DNA of 64,000 nucleotides from Octopus sinensis. Its lineage: Eukaryota. The notes beneath the pieces are model-generated. The model was not told where the DNA came from. It worked only from the letters and a program-made list of their open reading frames with translations, and did not search any database. The stretch covers positions 173,290,001 to 173,354,000 of the forward strand of contig NC_042998.1 in assembly GCF_006345805.1 (NCBI RefSeq), read 5' to 3'. Positions 13,618 to 26,495 of this stretch are shown in pieces. Position 1 is the first letter of the stretch. Each line of letters starts with the position of its first letter. Position numbers and translations under genes: made by a program.

Positions 13618-15490
13618 TCAGGATTGCCTTAATAGAGGAATAATACCAGATCGGATGACTAAATGAAGAACATTACTCATTATCAATGATAAAAGCAAGA
13701 GTAATACAACTATAGACAAATCACTTGATGACTAGTAGCGTCGAAGCTGTTATCAGGAATGCTTTGAGAAAGCATATAAGAGCACTTTGACAACCAGAAT
13801 TTACTGCAAGAAGAACAGAAAGGTTGCAGAAAGAAGGCAAGTGGGACGCATGATCTATTATGTATTGACAAAGTAGTTACAAATGAAGTAATATCCATAA
13901 AGAAAAATCTAACAATAACATGGATAAATTATAGGAAAACCTATAAAATGATCCCAAATTCATGAATAAGTGTATGCTTGAGTATATTCAGCATAGCAGA
14001 CAACATAAGAGAATTAATTAGCTTTCGCATGAAGAAATGTAAAGTATATCTCTATTCAGGTGACACACTCTTAAGGAAAGTTAATACCAAAAGAAATTTT
14101 CCAGAGGGACTCGTTGTCCCTTTTAATATGTGTCTTATGCTTGATCTCCCTCAGTTTAGTATTAAAGAAGGAAAAGGTATGGTATTGGTTCAGAAATAGT
14201 AAAGGAAAAATTAATTATTTGCTCTACATGGATGATCTGAAACTTAGTAAAGATTAAAAACAGAAAGATTCTTTAAGATTCTTCATCAAAGATATAGGAA
14301 CGGAATTGCCCATAGATAAGTGTGCTATATTAGTTATGAGAAGGTAGTCAACAGCGAAGGCAGGACATTAAAATCATTGAAAGGAGAGAGTTATAAGTAT
14401 CTATGAGTATTAGAGTCTGACAGAATACTAACTACAGAAATGTAAACGAAAATTGACAATGAGTACATCAGAAGGGTGAGGAACCTAATGAAGTCAAAAC
14501 TAAATGCGCCGAATCTAGTGAAGGCTGTAAATATTTGGGCAGTATCATTACTTAGATGCTCAGTAGCTTTTGTAGACTGGACAAAAACTGAATTAGCAAA
14601 GCTAGACAGAACTAGGAAGGAATTCAATATGAATGTAGGACTCTACACAAGGGCAGGAGTAGCAAGATTGTACTTACCCGGAAAGAAAGATGCAAGAGAG
14701 TTAATGTCAATAAAAGACTGCGTGAAGTTAGCTAGAGTAAATATAGACTCCAATGTAGGAAATAGTGAAGTTTATTAAAAGCTACTACAGTCACATCAAG
14801 ATATAGGGAAACCAAAAGACCAAACGAATTTAAATATAAGAAAAAAAGAACAGAAATTGTCCGACTGGCAAGAGAAGGCGTTGCATGATAGAATCCCAAA
14901 GATAGTTCCAGCAAATAGTAGTAGCGAGACATGGTCATGGCTGCAGAAAGGAAAGCTGAAGAGGGAGACAGAAAGTTTGTTACTAGCTGCACAAGATCAA
15001 GCATTAAGAACTAATTGGATAAAAGTCAAAATAGACAAAAGCCAAGTAGATTCCCAATGTAGATTATGCAAATCAAAAGAGGAAATCGTTACTCGTATAG
15101 TAAGTGAATGTAGCATACTGTTACAGAAAGAATAGAAGAAAAGACATGACAATCTAGGGAGAACAATCCACTGGTAGCTATATAGAAAGCTAGGATTTGA
15201 ACATACTGATAAATGGTATGAACATGAATCTAAAGTACTAGAAAGTAAGAAATACAAGATGTTATGGGACTTTAGTAGTAGTAGATAAAGAGAAGAGAAA
15301 CTGCCAGATAATTGACTTTACAGTCCCAAATGATGAAGAAATTAATATGCGAAGTATAGAAAAGTATCAGGACCTAGTTATTGAATTACAGAGACTATGG
15401 AAAGTGCGGGTAAAATGTATCCCAGCAGCTATTGGTGTATTGGAAACTACCCCTAAAGATCTGAACAGATGGATTGAGGAAATAGGCGGG
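13618..15490 (+). mobile_element. 5'-truncated R4/Dong-clade non-LTR retrotransposon (RT + CCHC finger + restriction-like endonuclease), pseudogenised
   Basis: Remnants include EEQKGCRKKARGTHDLL, RxIFQGDSLS-like, LLYMDDLKL, ARLYLPGKKDARELMSIKDCV, LKRETESLLLAAQDQALRT, CRLCKSKEEIVTRIVSEC, KRHD, MLWDFS and EKYQDLVIELQRLWKV. Multiple frameshifts and stops. Confidence 0.9.
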
Positions 15491-15589
15491 TTAGTAGTGG
15501 AATATTAATCCGGAGATTGAATCAAAAATGTCTCGTAAGATGCACTAAATCAAGGCATATATGTATATATATCATATATATACCATTCT

Positions 15590-16505
15590 TTTTAATTTCT
15601 TCAGTCATTTGATTGCGGCTATGCTGAAGCACTCCAGGATTTATTCTTTGTAATCCTGGTACTTATTCCATCGTTGTATTTTGACGGATCGCTTGTTTAC
15701 GGGGATGACCAGCATCGGTTGTCAAGAGATGGTGGGAGGAGAAGCGCAGGCACAAAGACACACACACATACACACATATATATTATTCTATTTCGGGATG
15801 GTCATATATATATATGTAAAAGTAAAAAAATATATACAAACTGGGACAAGAACGTGAAACACCTAGAAGACGACACAAGAAACACAGGACTGGTCATTCG
15901 AGGCTCTCAATCATCAGTCAAGAACCGGATCATCTTCGCAATTTCGGCTGATTAATCTTGAGATTGCTCCGATCTGGGCAGCCCCCAAGTGAAATCTAAG
16001 CCAAGCGCATTAGATCCCTTGGAAGAAAGCCTCGAATGTATACAACACAAGGACGGAAAACGGACGATGTACACGAATAAAGATACAAAATACGTAAAAA
16101 CAATAAAGAAAGCACGAATAAGAATATAAATACGTAAAAACAATAATGGTAAGGATAAAAACAAAACCAGGACGTCAGGACAAGGGTCTTTCGACAGGAC
16201 GAGTTGAGTTTGGGGCTGGCTAGTGGAAGAGTGCCTTTAGGCCACGGGAGACAAACAAATACGTGTTGCTACAACGACTGCTGGATGCGAAAAGGCAAAG
16301 CAGCAGTAGCTGGCTGGTCACGTGAGGACAAAAGAGAGGAGAAAGGAACAGATGAGGAGAGAGAGAAGGGGAACAAGGGAGGAGCAACATTCTTTAAGTT
16401 TTCGTCTACCAAATCCACTCACAAGACTTTGGTCGGCCAAAGGTGCCACACTGTGGAACTGAACCCGGAACGATGTGGGTGTGATGCAAGATTCTTACCA
16501 CACAG
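15590..16505 (-). mobile_element. SINE family 2 copy split into 15590-15770 and 16395-16505 by an intervening repeat (about 15820-16200)
   Basis: The 3' half (TCAGTCATTTGATTGCGGC..) and the 5' half (CTACCAAATCCACTCACAAG..GGAACTGAACCCGGAAC) are collinear around a different sequence that has its own internal direct repeat. Confidence 0.65.
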
Positions 16506-17039
16506 AATATAAGACGATGCAAACAAATTTACCATCCAACCTGACAGCTTTGACAAAATTCAAATGCAAGGGAGATAACCGCTCAAAAGATGTCATCTAA
16601 GAGTAGTGCCCCTTGAGTTATTTTAACTACGAGATTCTCGGCGAATTCACGAGACTGTGTTTTTACCCAAAATGGAGACGTATACCATGTGATCAGCTTG
16701 AATAATTAAGATAGTATATTTTTTCTCAACATGAAACCAATGGTAACCTTAATACAAAAATAAAGAAATTCTATTCACCAAAGCAGTATTGAGCACTCAT
16801 TCTCATCTTTCGACATCTACGTATATATACATATACACGCACACACACATACAGTTTTCACTAACTGTCTGATTTTCTCATGTTTCTTACTCGTGCTATG
16901 TAGTAAGGTTTCAACCGCGATACTCTTATCGTCCATAACTAGATATTAATCTACAATGGATATGAAAATCTTTATTGAGCGCAAGGATATAAACGGATGT
17001 GTATTTATATTATGTATCATATAAAATAGGGTCACTCGA

Positions 17040-17360
17040 CTGGTTGGCATATCAATGACTCAGAAATATACTCCAGTCTCTGGTTCACAGAAGTGTTTTC
17101 TCCTCTCTCCATCTTTTCTAATGTACTATATTGCCCTTGTCCTTTGGAATTGGTTGTGTCCTTGCTACCTGCACTTGGCATCTCCGTCTTATTCACCTCT
17201 TCTCCTTCGACCACTCTCGTGTTGACTACGTCAATCTCTATGTCCAATCATTTCTACGTAGAAGGTTGGCTCTCTGGAATTCTCTCCCAGATCACATTTT
17301 TGCTGCAGGTATTGACTTAGAAAAGTTCAAAAGGAATATTAAAAGCACCAATTTCACCAG
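17040..17360 (+). mobile_element. CR1/Jockey-group LINE 3' end fragment
   Basis: YVQSFLRRRLALWNSLPDHIFAAGIDLEKFKRNIK is a typical CR1-type ORF2 C-terminus (SFF.R....WNSLP...F......L..FK). Confidence 0.7.
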
Positions 17361-18230
17361 AAGAAATGGGAGTGCACAATTCCTGGGTACTACACTTTCC
17401 CCCACTCCTAGAAAATATTAGAATATTTATATAACATGCAATATATAAACACAATACTTATATAAATATTGCCCCAAATAAATGATCTCTAATTGAACTA
17501 ACTGCACCTGGTGACATTTCACACGTGGCATTTCATAGGTGACATACAAGATATACGATCTTGTACGATCGATTTTTCATTGATACTTGTTACATAATTG
17601 CTGCTTCTCTTAGGTTGTTGTTATTACTAATTAATATATCACACTAATCTAATTATGCAGCTATATTTGCCGTAAAGGTTTGACAAGAGGCAGCTAATTA
17701 TGTAAAGTGAATTCCAATGTTTCTCTCGAATCATAAAGCAAGCACGGAAGTTAAGATCCAGTATACTGCAGGTAATTCGTTGAATACCCCTGAGATTGTT
17801 TCCAGTACGTAATTTCACAGATATCTCAAAGAACCTTCATCTGGGATTCGTCATAGAGACAGCGAAATTTTAGAATTACATCTTACAACTGAATGATATC
17901 ATGACACTATAGCGTGCAAATCAATTTATTAGATATTCTTTCTTATAAAAAATAAATTAGAAAGATTAGGAACACCTGATGAAAACCCTTACGCACACAC
18001 TCACACATATATATGTTTACATACATAAGTGCGTGCCTCTGTGTGTGTGTGTCCCTTCACATACGTGCAGATGTGCGCGCGCGCGTGTGTGTCCGTGCGC
18101 GCGCTCTACATGGTATTGGCTAGACTATATTATGTTCTTATACACCGCTGGCAACAATGCGCTTTGTATTGTGATAGCTTTCAAATGATGCCACACCACT
18201 GCATTATAAATAAATGTACGTGTATATACA

Positions 18231-19499
18231 CAGACATGCAGGAAGTAAATAGACACATTTAATTTGAAATATTTCTCATCTAAGCGTTTTAATATGTTTT
18301 CAGCGGTGTAGAGTTTACAATGTAATTATTCGTTTTCATTCCAGAGAACATTATATTAAAAATTTGCGATGAGTAAACATGCCACGCACAAAAAAGTCAA
18401 CAGAACTCTCAGATTTTCAAAGAGGTCGTATTGTTGGGCAATCTGAAGCTGGTCTTATCCAGCGAATTATTGCCGAAAATCTTCAGGTTCCTCTTGCTAT
18501 TGTTAATCGAATTATAGTGCAATTCAAAAGTTAAGGAAAAGAATCAACAGTTTCTCGTCCCGGCTGACCTGGGTCCTCGGAAAGGAAGCTTCGCTGTTTG
18601 AAGAGAATTGTGGAAAATGAAACCCATTCGAAGGCTTCTAACATTGCAAAACAGCCAGAAGTTAGTCCAAGAACGTGTTACATATCTGCATAAGCTTGGG
18701 TATTATGGACGAGCAGCTAGAAGAAAACCTCTCCTTCAACCACTTAATTCATGAAAAGAAAGAAATGCATTTAGGAGATGTCAGAAAAAACCAGTTCATT
18801 TTGGATAGAGTGACTTTATCAGATGATTCCAGATTTGCGTTGTTTCAGACAGTGGATGTGTTTGGATATGAAGGCTTCCCAATCAAGAATTTGATTTGAA
18901 ACGACTCCAACTAACTGTGAAACATGGCGGAATCTCTGTAATGGTAAGGGGAACTGTCACCAGCAATGGTCGTTCTAAGCTGATCGATTGTGTTGGGACA
19001 ATAGACTATGAAAAATACAATGAAAATACTTAAGCAAGGACTACTTCTGATGTATTCATACGATAACATAACAAAAAATGAGTTTTTATTGATGGAAGAT
19101 GGGGCTCCATGTTACACAGCGAAAAGGGATCAACAATGGCTGACTGAAAATGGGATCAAAAAGCTTCCTTGGCCGAGCCATTCTCCTGACATCAACCCAA
19201 TTGAAAATCTTTGGAGCATACTAGATAGAGCTATACGAAAAACTCGACATAAATCTAAGTATGAAGATGAATTGTTCCGATTGTTGTGTGAAAAGTGGGC
19301 AGAAATTCCACAAGGGACAATCACAAAGTTCATCAGTTCAATGCCAAAAAGAGTTTCTGAATTAAAAACTGCCAACTAAATGTCAACTAAATACTAAAGT
19401 ATGTAGTCCTACCTATCGATTGCATTTCAATTGTTCGCTTTGCGTTTTAAATAAATGATTTTGAAACTTAAAGGTATCTATTTACTTCCTGCATATCTG
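18231..19499 (+). mobile_element. Tc1-family DNA transposon, near full length, with both TIRs; transposase 18379-19379 is disrupted
   Basis: TIR CAGAYATGCAGGAAGTAAATAGAYAC at 18231 and inverted at 19499, followed by TA. N-terminus [20 protein letters not shown]; catalytic MEDGAPCYT...WPSHSPDINPIENLW with D-34-E spacing. Confidence 0.92.
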
Positions 19500-19522
19500 T
19501 ATATGTGTGAGTGTGTGTATAC

Positions 19523-19553
<31 letters not shown>

Positions 19554-19599
19554 CGTGTGTGCATGTGTGTGTGCCTCTGTGTTTATTTGTGTCTGTGTC

Positions 19600-19865
19600 G
19601 TGTGAAGGACTCTCCTATCGAAGACAACAGCTTTTGCCGAATGACCTGCACAAATGATTGGTTTATAGTAACCAAATACTTGTGTGACACATTAGCTCAT
19701 TCAAATCGAAGTTTCCCGAACAAGTGCACGGTGTACCATGCGTCAGGTGCCGAAGTGATCACAGAGCAACTCAAGAACATGACGCCCTACCCGGTATAGG
19801 AATTGGAACCCCTTTATCTCACTATCGTGAGTGCAATACCCTACCCAATATGCCATGCCATCATT
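19600..19865 (-). mobile_element. Degenerate tRNA-derived SINE (family 4)
   Basis: Minus-strand head GGCATGGCATATTGGGTAGGG...GGTTCCAATTCC followed by a GTTCTTGAG box. Confidence 0.55.
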
Positions 19866-19914
19866 TATAGAGATAAACAGATACACGTCTATAAATTTAT
19901 ATATATATATATAA

Positions 19915-20215
19915 GCAAAGTATGTGTACTCGTGACTCTTGCTTATGCTTTTTTTCATGGGTGCGTATAAGTATTTCATTTATTTCTTATCGTATTTTCT
20001 ACTGAAGAGAGAAGAATTCATAGAATTAATCCCGAAATTGTTTCAATATAGATATAACGAAATTGTTAAAGAAATTCCTCGATTTCAGCACAACGTGTAT
20101 TTATAGTGAGTGTATAATGAAATGTGGAAATTGATGATTTAAAGTCTTTTATTAGCATATTGGCATAGAAATTAATTTTTCGTCTGCCTTTGTTTATAAT
20201 TTTAACCTTTAAAGT
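19915..20215 (+). mobile_element. Partial, diverged copy of HHR repeat family A (lacks the tRNA-like part)
   Basis: Collinear with 43280-43577 and with the reverse complement of 41549-41880. Confidence 0.8.
19990..20060 (+). ncRNA. Type I hammerhead ribozyme, family A, with degenerate stem II
   Basis: CTGAAGA-GAGA..TCCC-GAAA-TTGTTTCAAT-A; stem I ...TTCTA/TAGA...; one mismatch in stem II. Confidence 0.55.
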
Positions 20216-20278
20216 TATTTTAGTATGCTGCCACTTTTGATGAAATTTTTTCTGAAAAAATTTTATCCTATATTAGTA

Positions 20279-20314
<36 letters not shown>

Positions 20315-20679
20315 CGCAGTATTATTTAAAATGTCATTTACTAATTGTTATTTGTTTACACCTTATGCACATATTCCCAGCTGGTATATGTGTTGGAGTG
20401 ACGAAAAAGGGGTGAGAACATCAGAACACATATGAAGCTCCATTACATATATGTATATATACATATATATTTGTATGTGTATGTGTGTGTGTGTCTATTT
20501 GTGAGTATACATATAATCTTGTATGTGTGTGATGTGTGCGTACGTGTCTGCGGGTGCGTGCGTGAGAATATACGTGTGTGTGTATGCCTTTACACACAGT
20601 GATTCCTAGGCGGCATTCAACTTTCATCAGAAGAGGAAAATTTACTTCTTTCTCTTCCGTTTATCTTGGGACGCAGATA

Positions 20680-20880
20680 TCTATGGATTGGCGTATTCAT
20701 GATAAAAACTCTACTTATTTGAATCGTTGTACAGAGCTGCTATCTTTGTCTTCGTGAAAGACTACATATTATTGCAGCTGACTCTATACCACATGACGTA
20801 AATTTAACATTCATGTTGTTGATACAATGTCGACTTTCGACTCGATTGATTTCGAATATACGTTGATAATATTGCTGCAT
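20680..20880 (+). mobile_element. Penelope-like element GIY-YIG C-terminal remnant
   Basis: WRIHDKNSTYLNRC.SCYLCLRERLHIIAAD resembles the PLE C-terminus (W.IL..A..Y....CNLCL.EK..II). Confidence 0.55.
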
Positions 20881-21505
20881 AGGTTTTATCCCACGTATAC
20901 CAACAATTCGTGGCATTTGTAAAGATGAAATCTAAATGTCTCATGCAAAACCACCAACAGTCCTAATTATAAATCACTAGGTTTTATATTTCTTCAATGG
21001 AATTGACTATACATTCATAGATTTAACTGTTACTTCTATGAAACTTATTGTAACTCTGAATACAACAAATTTTATTCAGAACAAAGAAGTTTACCTCTGC
21101 ACATCTCGCTGAAATTACCGCCAATTAGTAACAAACACAATCCGCCGATTTAAATAATAGTTACTGGCATTCGTACCAATTAATAGTCAACAACTAGTAA
21201 CTGTCTATTGCAATTTGATCCAGTAATTGTGAAAGGAAACTGACAGCTACCGGTTCTAGGCACAAAACATGTAACAACAAGCGTAAACATCATCCACTCA
21301 CAACCTGTCTTGTTTAGAAATAATGACTTGACCTCCAAAACGACAAATATTACTTCTTACTCAATGTCACTCTGAGTAAAATATTTATACATGCTAACAC
21401 TGAAAAAAGAATCCGCCCGTCAAAAACCCCAATTCCTACAATAGAGCTTAATTTATTGTCATATATATATATATATATATATTATATTATATTATGTTAT
21501 ATATA

Positions 21506-21828
21506 GCAATAAGAAAGTGGAAGAGAACAATAGGTGGTTCATCAACTTTTAGACATTATATTATGCTAACTTATTATTTACTAAACTGATAATTACAATA
21601 ATGTACATATATATATCATATTATTCTTTTCCCAATTTATATTCATGTTTTTTATATTAATTACTGGTATCCTTATATATGACTATATTTTATATCTTAT
21701 ATCTTATATGTAAAGAATAATGTGTTGTATGTATGTATATTATTGTAATGATCAGTTTAGTAAATAAATAAATAAGTTAACATAATAGTTGATGAACCAC
21801 CTATTGTTCTCCTCCATGTTCTTATTGC
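21506..21828. mobile_element. Foldback/MITE-like element with ~110-bp inverted arms
   Basis: GCAATAAG..GAGAACAATAGGTGGTTCATCAACT..TTACTAAACTGAT..TTACAATAAT is inverted at 21740-21828; flanked by TATA on both sides. Confidence 0.8.
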
Positions 21829-22029
21829 TATATAAATTAATGGTAAAATATCTCTTTACCTTCACCCATTTAGTACACTAGGTAATGTAATTGCAATGTA
21901 ATAAAAAACACTTGTGTATTAATAATTAGGCATTCTACCAGCAGTATATTGGATAGATATTATCCCTTAGTGGGTTGGATTCACAACCTATAACTTTCTT
22001 GGTGGTGTATATATATATGTATATATATA

Positions 22030-22068
<39 letters not shown>

Positions 22069-22212
22069 AAAAGCAATAAAGATTCAAGTTAATTAAATGA
22101 ATTTACTTGAATATGGTACCTAACTTAGATGCACCCAAAAAAACTATACTGTTTTAACAATACAGTAATGTGGGGTGATTATAAGCGAGAAAGAAGCAAC
22201 AAGAATGGATAG

Positions 22213-22308
22213 GTTTTTAGTACAATCGTTTCATACAAGGACAGGCTTTATTAAAAGTTGTAAAAATTACAGCATATAAACGTGTCCCGTACTCATCAGC
22301 TAAAATAC
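22213..22308 (-). ncRNA. Type I hammerhead ribozyme, family B, copy 1
   Basis: TTTTAG-CTGATGA-GTAC GGGACA..TGTCCT TGTAT-GAAA-CGATTGT-A|CTAAAA; cleavage triplet GUA; G.U at the base of stem II. Confidence 0.75.
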
Positions 22309-22834
22309 ATGTGAGTTCTCTAGACATCCTAGTGGTTGAGGCTATACTCATGAAGTAATGTAGATAATTAAGTAACATAAACAGATTTCCAAAGTTCATT
22401 AAAGTTCTTTAAAGATGATGTACAGTCTTATCACAGAATTTAAAAAAAGTTTTAATAGCATCACAGAGAAGGTGACCTAAGCCATAGTGCACATATGAAT
22501 TTCCAGAGATATGATGAGGGATTACATACTCACAGAAGACAAATTTATCCATTGTTAATCACAACGAGGTGGGTCTCAATTCCTGCTTATTAGCATTACA
22601 GAGAGGGTGGATTAATCCTTTGTATAGATGCACAATTTCCAATGGTGTATATATATATATATATATTATATATATATATATATATATACAAAAAGCAATA
22701 AAGATTCAAGTTAATTTAAATGAATTACTTGAATATGGTACCTAACTTAGATGCACCCAAAAAAACTATACTGTTTTAACAATACAGTAATGTGGGGTGA
22801 TTATAAGCGAGAAAGAAGCAACAAGAATGGATAG

Positions 22835-22930
22835 GTTTTTAGTACAATCGTTTCATACAAGGACAGGCTTTATTAAAAGTTGTAAAAATTACAGCATATA
22901 AACGTGTCCCGTACTCATCAGCTAAAATAC
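22835..22930 (-). ncRNA. Type I hammerhead ribozyme, family B, copy 2
   Basis: Same sequence as copy 1, offset by 622 bp. Confidence 0.75.
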
Positions 22931-24316
22931 ATGTGAGTTCTCTAGACATCCTAGTGGTTGAGGCTATACTCATGAAGTAATGTAGATAATTAAGTAACAT
23001 AAACAGATTTCCAAAGTTCATTAAAGTTCTTTAAAGATGATGTACAGTCTTATCACAGAATTTAAAAAAAGTTTTAATAGCATCACAGAGAAGGTGACCT
23101 AAGCCATAGTGCACATATGAATTTCCAGAGATATGATGAGGGATTACATACTCACAGAAGACAAATTTATCCATTGTTAATCACAACGAGGTGGGTCTCA
23201 ATTCCTGCTTATTAGCATTACAGAGAGGGTGGATTAATCCTTTGTATAGATGCACAATTTCCAATGGTGTATATATATATATATATATATCAAGGGAGCT
23301 AGGGCGTAAACGTCCTGTCTCCAGCATGCTTGAAGTGTCAATACCTTCAAAAAAACTACCTAAAACTCCATCTAAAACTATACACATTACTGAAAGGAGG
23401 CTAGTGAGAGAAAATTAAAAAAACCTCACGATAATTGGTTCCAATTTTTGGATTAAAGCAAAAAATGAGTCTTTTTCGTTCGTCAACACAATACACAGAA
23501 GGCAAAAAATGTCCAAGTAACTGTACATACCGTCCAAAGTATTATATATATTTATTTATATGTATGTATATCTGTGTATCTTTCGATGTGTGTATATAAT
23601 AATATTATTCGGGTATTAACCCTAGAGTTTACTCTGTTAAGTTCACCCACTGGTACAATATAGTAATCTTGAGATTGCTTATCTCTAAAAATCCAAAATT
23701 CTACATATATCCGTAGAGTTTTTACAATTATAAACAAGACCAATAGAGGGGCCATGTCTGACACCTGTACCAACATGACTTGTCTGACTAAGATTTCAGA
23801 GTGATGCAACTGCAAACATCTATCCGTCATTTCTTATCAAAATAGTTGATGGAATAAATAAATATACACCAGTAACACCAACAACATTATTGACGAACAC
23901 AGCTATAAAATTCTTTTGCTGAAATAGAAACAGTTAATAAGCGAATAATTTGTTATATCGCCTGCAAAAATTAAACCCAATTTTTTCTGCTTCTTTATTT
24001 TTCTACTCATTTTTCTACATTTTTCTTTTTGATCGGATAATTAAAAGTAGTGCCTTGCTTTGCTTTGCATTGCTTGCAATACGCAAATATAATCATGCAA
24101 ATATACCCGCCTCAAATGACTTTTACACTTAATTCTGATGATTCTAATTCGTTACGTATCGTTAAAATGACACCTGAGAGATCAATAATTGCACGTATTC
24201 TTGCATAATTTTGCAATTTTCATGAAATAGAATTCAGGGGAAACAATTGTAAATTAATGTTATAAATTACATTCACGCTCATTTCTTTTTGTTAATGATA
24301 ATATTTATAGATATAG

Positions 24317-24705
24317 ACGCAGGAGTGGCTGTGTGGTATGTAGCTTGGTTACCAACCACATGGTTCCAGATTCAGCCCCACTGCGTGGCACCTTGGGCAA
24401 GTGTCTTCTATTATAGCCTCGGGCCGACAAAAACATTGTGTGTTGATTTGGTAGACGGCGACTAAAAGAAGCCCGTCGTATATATGTGTATATATGTGTT
24501 TATGTATCTGTGATTGGTCCCCCCAACATCGCTTGACAATCGATGGTGGTGTGTTTACGTCCCCGTAACTTAGCGGTTCGGCAAAGGAGATCTATAGAGT
24601 AAGTAGTAGGCTCACAAAGAATAAGTCCTGGGGTCGATTTTCTCGACTAAAGGCGGTGCTCCAGCAAGGCCGCAATCAGATGACTGAAACAAGTAAAAGA
24701 GAGTA
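24317..24705 (+). mobile_element. Full-length SINE family 2 copy
   Basis: Runs from the GCAGGAGTGGCTGTGTGG head through the CORE-like box to the GACTGAAACAAGTAAAAGA tail. Confidence 0.9.
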
Positions 24706-25534
24706 AAATAGAGTATGTGTACGTGAGAGAGAGAGTGCGTGTGAGAGGGAGAGGAAAGTATACAGAGTATGTGTGTGCGTGTGTATGTGTGTGTATGTGT
24801 GTATGTGTGTGTATGTGTGTTCATGTGTGTATGTATATGTGTGTATGTGCATCTATATGTATATATATATATATATATATTGAATGGATGATCTCTAAAC
24901 TATATCCACACGTTCATGATTTGCATATTTTAAAATGTTATTCAAGCCCAATATAATATTCGTTGGATGTTACAACTCTAACAAATAATGTGTTGCATAA
25001 GTTTCAAAATTGGCTAATCCGAACGCTCAGGATAAAATATTAAGAATGGAAAACAAACGTTAAAGATGTGTATGTGCGTGGTACTTTGTCATGCAAACGC
25101 AATATGCTATAGTTTATTGTATAGAATATTGTGTTCGCATTACGAGTTACCATGTACCTACAAATCTTTGATGTTTACATACCAGCCCAGGAATGCGTCT
25201 AATATGTAAGATTGTATATCCAATAACGTAACACCACTGTAAGCAATGTGTTCGGAGGCAATAGTGGGTTAGATGAGTACTGAAGAAAGGGCAACAACTC
25301 CCGAAATTTGGTCTATGACTCATTACCTACATTTGTCTTCGATCTCATTATTGACATCTGAAGTCTCGATACGAAACGTTGTAGCAGAAATCAGTGCTGG
25401 CTATAGGTTCTACAGAATATCTTTAGGAATAACTTTAGGGAAAACAAACGGTCTGAATGATAATCCGAACAATTCATTTGCCTGCTCCACAGCAGTTTTC
25501 TTTATTCAAGTGAAAACATTGTCATACTCCCTTT

Positions 25535-25870
25535 ACTATTTTACTCTATTACTTGTTTCAGTCATTTGACTGCGGCCTGAGCGAATCGACCCCAGGACTT
25601 ATAATTTGTAAGCCTAGTACTTATTCTATCGGTCTCATTTACCGAACCACTAAGTTACGGGGACACCAGCATCGATTGTTAAACGATGTTGGGAGGTGGG
25701 GGACAGACATTGATACACAAATATATATATGTATATACACATATATATATATATACAACGGGCTTCTTTCAGTTTCCGTGTACCAAATCCACTCACAAGG
25801 CTTTGGTCGGCCTGAGGCTATAGTAGATGACACTTGCCCAAGGTAAGCAAGCTACTTACCACACAGCCAC
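25535..25870 (-). mobile_element. SINE family 2 copy with internal deletions
   Basis: Reverse complement of the family 2 tail, body and head. Confidence 0.8.
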
Positions 25871-26339
25871 CCTTGCGCCTATATAATAATTGTCATCTAT
25901 ATAATAATTATCTAAGTAACCGTAGTTATTTAATTACCGAGGGGAATGTGGTTGGAAGTTGTTTCATTAGAAACGTATTAGAATATGACAATCAAATCAG
26001 CGCGGATATTACAAATTAAACATGAAAAAAATATTAAAAATTTAATTCAGTAAGAAATAGAGAGAAAGACAGTAATAATACTGTAATGAAGTGCAACTTT
26101 AAGAAAGCTTCTGTGAATAAATTAGACAAACATGTTTACAGCGAGAACAAAAAAAAATAGAGTCAAAGAGAGTTCAACTAAGCAAAAATTAAATTATAAT
26201 ACGATGGCTCTGCTAGCGTATTTAGTTAAATATTAAGTGGCAAATAATAGCAATTGGCTCAGTTAAAGAGACAGTTAGTCACAATGAAATTAAAGAATGT
26301 ATATAGTGCAGATAATATACATACCACCTGAACATAAGT

Positions 26340-26495
26340 GATATATGTAGTTAGAAGTTTACTTTTCAATCTCATCGTCTTAGGTTCAGTTCCGCTGCGT
26401 GAAACCTTGGGCATGTATCTGCAACTATAACCAGGGGCCTACCAAACCATTGTCAGTGGATTTAGCAGACGGAAACTGAAAGAAGCCCATCGAAT
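26340..26495 (+). mobile_element. Degenerate 5' part of a SINE family 2 copy
   Basis: GGTTCAGTTCCGCTGCGTGAAACCTTGGGCATG...GACGGAAACTGAAAGAAGCCC. Confidence 0.7.

Larger units (their letters stand above)
22067..23269 (-). mobile_element. Two near-identical tandem units (period 622 bp) of HHR repeat family B, separated and flanked by (TA)n
   Basis: Units start at 22067 and 22689; identical ORF artefacts 22217..22399 and 22839..23021. The minus-strand 5' part encodes LEIVHLYKGLIHPLCNANKQELRPTSL*, reminiscent of a PLE ORF C-terminus. Confidence 0.9.

Noticed and set aside
14954-14985. CTGAAGA...GAAA inside the R4 LINE
   Set aside because: No stem I or II pairing; it is a chance match within the coding sequence KLKRETES.
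15885-15925. CTGATGA..GAG/CTC..GAAT..GTC on the minus strand
   Set aside because: GAAT instead of GAAA, and no stem I; not supportable as a ribozyme.
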